Positions 60,206 to 64,000 of a DNA stretch of 64,000 nt are shown piece by piece. The position numbers and the translations under genes are program-made. The stretch spans positions 1,683-65,682 of the forward strand of contig CAMBDS010000007.1 in assembly GCA_945865405.1 (NCBI GenBank). Direction: 5' to 3'. The notes beneath the pieces are model-generated. The model had not been told where the DNA came from, searched no databases, and saw only the letters and a list, made by a program, of their open reading frames with translations. How positions within the stretch are numbered: position 1 is the first letter of the stretch; each line of letters begins with the position of its first letter. This stretch comes from Caldithrix abyssi DSM 13497. Lineage in GTDB: Bacteria; Electryoneota; AABM5-125-24; Hatepunaeales; Hatepunaeaceae.

Positions 60206-60502
60206 CGCGGGCTCCTTGTTTCAGATAAGGTGGTTGTTGCGAAAAATTCGATTCAGAAACTATATCATAATTTAGCGGGTTTTGAGTGAATAGTCAATAT
60301 AATAAAAAGAAATAGGAAATAGTTTTATGCTCAGAACTTGGAATAATACCAAAATAACTTGAAAATATCCGTCCAAAGTTGAAACATTTTCGGTTGGTCA
60401 TTAGTCTATTAATTTACAGAGCTGATTTGGAACCGTGCGAATAATAACCGGTATAAGAAATAATAAGTTTTTATCACCATTCAGGGAGGGTTGGAAGAAA
60501 CA

Positions 60503-61474
60503 ATGAAGAAGATTAGTAACTGGCAGGGCTTCGGCGTTAAGCTGGCGATCTTTACAGTAGCAATTGCATTGACGGGCACATTGGTCTGGCAAGCTTACGC
60601 TGCTGATTGGAATCACAGCTCCGATGAGAGTAAAGGCGCATTCATCGGAGTTTACCCCGAAGACATAGACGGTGAAACTCGCGAAGCGCTTGATTACAAG
60701 GGTGACGGGATTCTGGTCGAAGATGTCGTCGATGATGGGCCCGCTGAAAAAGCTGGCCTTAAGCCCGGCGATATCATCACCAAGATTGACTCGGACAAGA
60801 TCAAAGGCACCTCGCACTTTCGAGAAATACTCGGCAAGCATTCCAAAGGCGACAAAATCGTTGTAACAGCACTCCGTGATGGTGCCACAAAAGAGTACCC
60901 GCTTGAACTTGCTGGTCGAAAGAATGTCGAATATTCCTTCAACTTTAAGCACGGTGACAACGAGAAACACGGGTTCCTTGGGGTAGTCACTGAATCGATT
61001 GAAGGAGACTTCGCAAAGTACTTCGGAGTCGAGGATGGAGCCTTGATTAAGAAGGTTGTGGAAGATTCCCCGGCTGAGATGGCTGGCCTGAAAGCTGGCG
61101 ATGTCCTGGTAGAGATCGGCGGCGAGGAGATCGAAGGGACTGATGACGTTTCCGAAGCAATTCAAGAACACAAGCCCGAGGAACAGGTAAAGGTCAAGTA
61201 TGTCCGCTCAGGCAAGGAAGTTTCCGTCGATGTCAAGTTAGCGGCGTCACCCAACTCTTCATGGAAAATGAGCAATTCTGACGGACACCGGATTATCATT
61301 TCGAATGAAGACGAAATTGTTGTCGATTCAGATGAATTGCACCGAGCTATCCGTGAAGTTATGGAAGAGGTTCGGGACGGTTTGCATGACGGACGCGACG
61401 AAATGCGCGAGGAAATGCGAGAGCTGAAGATCGAACTCGAAAAGTTGAAGAAAGAGATCGAAGCGAAAAAGTAG
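60503..61474 (+). CDS. Membrane-anchored protein with two PDZ domains and a charged coiled-coil tail
   Basis: The ATG follows GGGAGGG. The signal anchor is LAIFTVAIALTGTLVWQAYA. The PDZ cores are GILVEDVVDDGPAEKAGLKPGDIITKID and GALIKKVVEDSPAEMAGLKAGDVLVEIG. Confidence 0.85.
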   Translation: MKKISNWQGFGVKLAIFTVAIALTGTLVWQAYAADWNHSSDESKGAFIGVYPEDIDGETREALDYKGDGILVEDVVDDGPAEKAGLKPGDIITKIDSDKIKGTSHFREILGKHSKGDKIVVTALRDGATKEYPLELAGRKNVEYSFNFKHGDNEKHGFLGVVTESIEGDFAKYFGVEDGALIKKVVEDSPAEMAGLKAGDVLVEIGGEEIEGTDDVSEAIQEHKPEEQVKVKYVRSGKEVSVDVKLAASPNSSWKMSNSDGHRIIISNEDEIVVDSDELHRAIREVMEEVRDGLHDGRDEMREEMRELKIELEKLKKEIEAKK

Positions 61475-61554
61475 AATGCCTGATCCTGATCTGAATATCC
61501 TTACAAGAAATTGCCGCAGAATATCTTCATTCTGCGGCAATTTCTCTTTTCTGT

Positions 61555-62739
61555 TCAGCCCCAGAGTCTCCAACTGATTGTCACGATTAGTGGTGACCCC
61601 CAGATCACGCACTGCCAGCCGACCGGAATGCTAAGCCGTCGCATACCTGCCGCAATGATAATCGCAACAGATGCCACAGCAGGAGCAAGGAGACGAGCCT
61701 CTATTTGAAAGAAACGGAAGTTGTAGTAAATGAGCGCGATAACGGGCAATGCAAATCCGGAAAGCACCAACCACCGCACTTCCATATCCCGCAAATGCCA
61801 TAACCCAAAAAGAAAAACCCCTGCGCACATCGATAGCCAGAGTATTGTAGTGCCTTTTTCAGGGATCGAGCCCCATACTTGATCGAAGGGTTGTGCGGCT
61901 GTTCTTGCAAGGTAAGCAACGGCCTTGACCGGATGTTCGAACCCGGTGCCGATATTGCCGCTTTCTTCCGGAGTGTAGATGCTGACGGTCGGGACAACTT
62001 GCCCGTAGTGAGCGATGTTCCAGACGAATAGCGGTAAAATCAGAGCCACAGCTGTGAGTCCGGTTCGCAAGCGAGCCTGCCACGCTTCACCTTCACGAGG
62101 TACTCTTCCGGTTGCAAACCAGACAAGCGGTAGCATTGCCAACGCCGACATCTTCGCCCAGACGGCAATCGCCAAAAACAACCCCGTTTTAACCTGTCTG
62201 ACCGCTCCACCAATCCCCTTATAAGCAAAAACGATACTGCCAAATGCCAGTGCTGAGAGGCAGAAAAGCAGCGAATCGTTGGTCACTAACGAACTGAACA
62301 CCACCAAATTTGGGGAAAACGTTGCAAACGCCAGACCGGCTCTGGCTCCACGGCGGTCACCAAGCATCTGTTTACAGATCCAGTAGATAATCAAAGAGGT
62401 GACGATTCCGAAAAAAAGCGACACAAGACGAGCACCAAACAGTCCCCCGCCGGCACTGATCCATTCTCCAAGTTGATAGGCTGGCGTTGCTATCAGGTAA
62501 TAAAGGGGAGGCTGGGGAAATTCATCGACAAGAGTGGTCAGTTTGCTTGCCTCCGCATCCCATATAGGCCAGCTTTTCTCCTCGGCAAGATGACGGACAT
62601 AGTTAAGGTGCATCGGCTCATCGTTGTAGCCGGGAAGGAAGGTCTGTTCGGGGTAGAGAGGAATTGAGAAAACGAGAAAGAGCCGAATGATGACTCCAGC
62701 AACGATAATGACCCAGAGGGTCTTCGGTTTGCGGGTCAT
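61555..62739 (-). CDS. GT39/ArnT-like (GT-C fold) membrane glycosyltransferase
   Basis: It has ~10 TM helices. The first-loop motif ..PGYNDEPMHLNY.. (a DE-x-x-H/Y type) is typical of PMT_2/ArnT-like enzymes. Confidence 0.6.
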   Translation of the reverse strand: MTRKPKTLWVIIVAGVIIRLFLVFSIPLYPEQTFLPGYNDEPMHLNYVRHLAEEKSWPIWDAEASKLTTLVDEFPQPPLYYLIATPAYQLGEWISAGGGLFGARLVSLFFGIVTSLIIYWICKQMLGDRRGARAGLAFATFSPNLVVFSSLVTNDSLLFCLSALAFGSIVFAYKGIGGAVRQVKTGLFLAIAVWAKMSALAMLPLVWFATGRVPREGEAWQARLRTGLTAVALILPLFVWNIAHYGQVVPTVSIYTPEESGNIGTGFEHPVKAVAYLARTAAQPFDQVWGSIPEKGTTILWLSMCAGVFLFGLWHLRDMEVRWLVLSGFALPVIALIYYNFRFFQIEARLLAPAVASVAIIIAAGMRRLSIPVGWQCVIWGSPLIVTISWRLWG

Positions 62740-62801
62740 AACAGGCTTCTAAACCGTGATGTCTGTGGGGGTTGGAGACGCCATCAGTGTTGGTACTCTC
62801 G

Positions 62802-63806
62802 CTATAGATCGAGTGTAAAAGTTTGACGGAGGAAATGACGGGCGCGGAAATTCTCTTTGAATTTCAATAAGCCCCAGGTCGGATCGCCCCAGATCGAGGA
62901 GATCCCGAAATCGAACCACTTGAAGCCACGCGCCTTGGCCCAAAGCAACGAGTGAAAGGTGATAAAGGGAACCGGGCGAAAGATCTGAGCATTTGCGACA
63001 TGCGCCATGTAAAATTCGAGTACCGTGTCACGATTGCAAATGAAATTCCAGATCACCGTCACCATCTCACCGTCCTTCTCCACCGCCCCCATCATCAAAT
63101 TTTCGGGGACAAGCTGGTGTAGCCGTTCAATCTCCTCTCGACTGTGAGTGGGCACTACCCCCAAACCGCGACGGTTTTCCTCAAGGATAACCCAAAATCG
63201 GTCGTACTCGGCTTGGGTTGGTTGTTCGATGATGCGGAAGCTCAGGCCTTCCCGTTCAGCCTTGCGAAAAGCCGTGCGGCTCTTATTGACAAAGCCGTCA
63301 AGTAACTGGTCATCATCGAAATCGAGCGGCACAGCCTGTGTCAATTCGCACCGGGAAACCTTGAAGCCATGCCTCCAAAGGGCAAAGTCGAGTGGTTGTT
63401 CGGGATAGCTGTTGTAAAGGACTGGCGGAGGCGTGATTCGAATCTGCTTGTAGCCCTCGTCCCGCAGGTGTTCTATCATGGCGCGAACGAGATCTTCGAT
63501 CTGATGGTATTGAAGATTCTGAGCGGTTGCCACCCCACCATATGAAGCCCCTGGGTGCGATACCCAAATCCGCTTGTCACCGTCGAACCGTTCGGCTCCG
63601 GTGATTAAACCGACGAGGTTGCCTTTACGCCTGAAAACGAGGTGGTGATGTTTGAATCGGTCTTGAGGGTGGTAATCGAGGAATCGTAGCGAGTGAAATA
63701 TCGTCCCGCCGACCGCTTCGGGCCAAAAGGCTTCCCACTCTTTCGAATCGAACTCCGTCGAGGCTTCGATTCTATGAGTGATGATGTTGGTGGGTAATAT
63801 ATTCAA
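62802..63806 (-). CDS. FemAB/GNAT-fold acyltransferase-like protein
   Basis: It has a two-lobed GNAT-like layout (...FHSLRFLDYH...GASYGGV...; ...FRKAEREGLSFRI...LEFYMAH...LLWAKARGFKWFDFG) resembling the FemAB/Acetyltransf_6 families. Confidence 0.55.
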   Translation of the reverse strand: MNILPTNIITHRIEASTEFDSKEWEAFWPEAVGGTIFHSLRFLDYHPQDRFKHHHLVFRRKGNLVGLITGAERFDGDKRIWVSHPGASYGGVATAQNLQYHQIEDLVRAMIEHLRDEGYKQIRITPPPVLYNSYPEQPLDFALWRHGFKVSRCELTQAVPLDFDDDQLLDGFVNKSRTAFRKAEREGLSFRIIEQPTQAEYDRFWVILEENRRGLGVVPTHSREEIERLHQLVPENLMMGAVEKDGEMVTVIWNFICNRDTVLEFYMAHVANAQIFRPVPFITFHSLLWAKARGFKWFDFGISSIWGDPTWGLLKFKENFRARHFLRQTFTLDL

Positions 63807-63895
63807 GTAGGAACCGTTGCTGCTCGATAATTTCTATTTAATCTTCAATATAAGCAACGGGCATGGAATGACCAAATAAAGGAGGCAGCATCGGT

Positions 63896-64000
63896 TCAGT
63901 CAGCCTTATTATTGGCTACGAGATTGGTCTGGCAGATTTCACCGAGCGGACATCCGCGGCAGCGTGGTTTTGACAGGCAGTGGTTCTTGGCGAGGGTTGT
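63896..64000 (-). CDS. nth: Endonuclease III family DNA glycosylase, 3' end only (runs off the right edge)
   Basis: The minus-strand translation is ..TTLAKNHCLSKPRCRGCPLGEICQTNLVANNKAD*. The C-x6-C-x2-C-x5-C 4Fe-4S loop at the extreme C-terminus is the Nth arrangement. Confidence 0.6.
   Translation of the reverse strand, partial: TTLAKNHCLSKPRCRGCPLGEICQTNLVANNKAD

Overview
The window is a 64 kb chromosomal segment from an uncultured-type bacterium. It probably belongs to the FCB superphylum, because six genes end in the type IX secretion (T9SS) C-terminal sorting domain and several genes have A-rich leaders with weak Shine-Dalgarno sites. No rRNA, tRNA, CRISPR array, transposase or integrase was seen.

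Layout:
- 1-17.4 kb: a T9SS-cargo island. It holds a giant protein of at least 3,406 aa that is truncated by the left edge, a BrnT/BrnA toxin-antitoxin (TA) pair, two smaller cargo genes and one multiply frameshifted cargo pseudogene.
- 17.7-27.9 kb: an ArsR/SRPBCC/VOC/DoxX stress cluster, a SulP transporter, a class III nucleotidyl cyclase, an outer-membrane-protein plus lipoprotein pair, and an NmrA-like gene.
- 28.0-30.3 kb: another cargo gene, interrupted by one in-frame TAG.
- 30.4-32.1 kb: a strongly AT-rich three-gene operon of unknown function.
- 32.7-33.7 kb: gapA.
- 33.8-37.1 kb: a minus-strand TA/nuclease island. It contains a RelE-type pair, a DUF2283 gene, and two divergent MqsR/MqsA-like cassettes. 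Each cassette is headed by a near-identical copy of the 5' end of the downstream HsdR-N-like nuclease gene.
- 37.6-38.6 kb: a frameshifted transglutaminase-like gene.
- 39.2-64 kb: mostly housekeeping and envelope genes. These are acnA, PBP1A, a DUF4159/giant coiled-coil/histidine kinase/response regulator gene string, ggt, PfpI, a 1,190-aa T9SS cargo, a PDZ protein, a GT39-like gene, a FemAB/GNAT-like gene and the nth 3' end.

The most interesting observations:
- The TA-cassette array with duplicated gene-5' segments.
- The AT-rich orphan operon.
- A conserved uncharacterised pre-CTD cassette and five-bladed propeller module shuffled among the T9SS cargos.
- Several families of GC-rich hairpin (REP-like) repeats, one of which is inserted in frame into coding sequence.
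- At least five disrupted genes in a sequence that otherwise supports 3.4-10 kb intact ORFs.

All family assignments come from motif recognition by eye. No database search was run.
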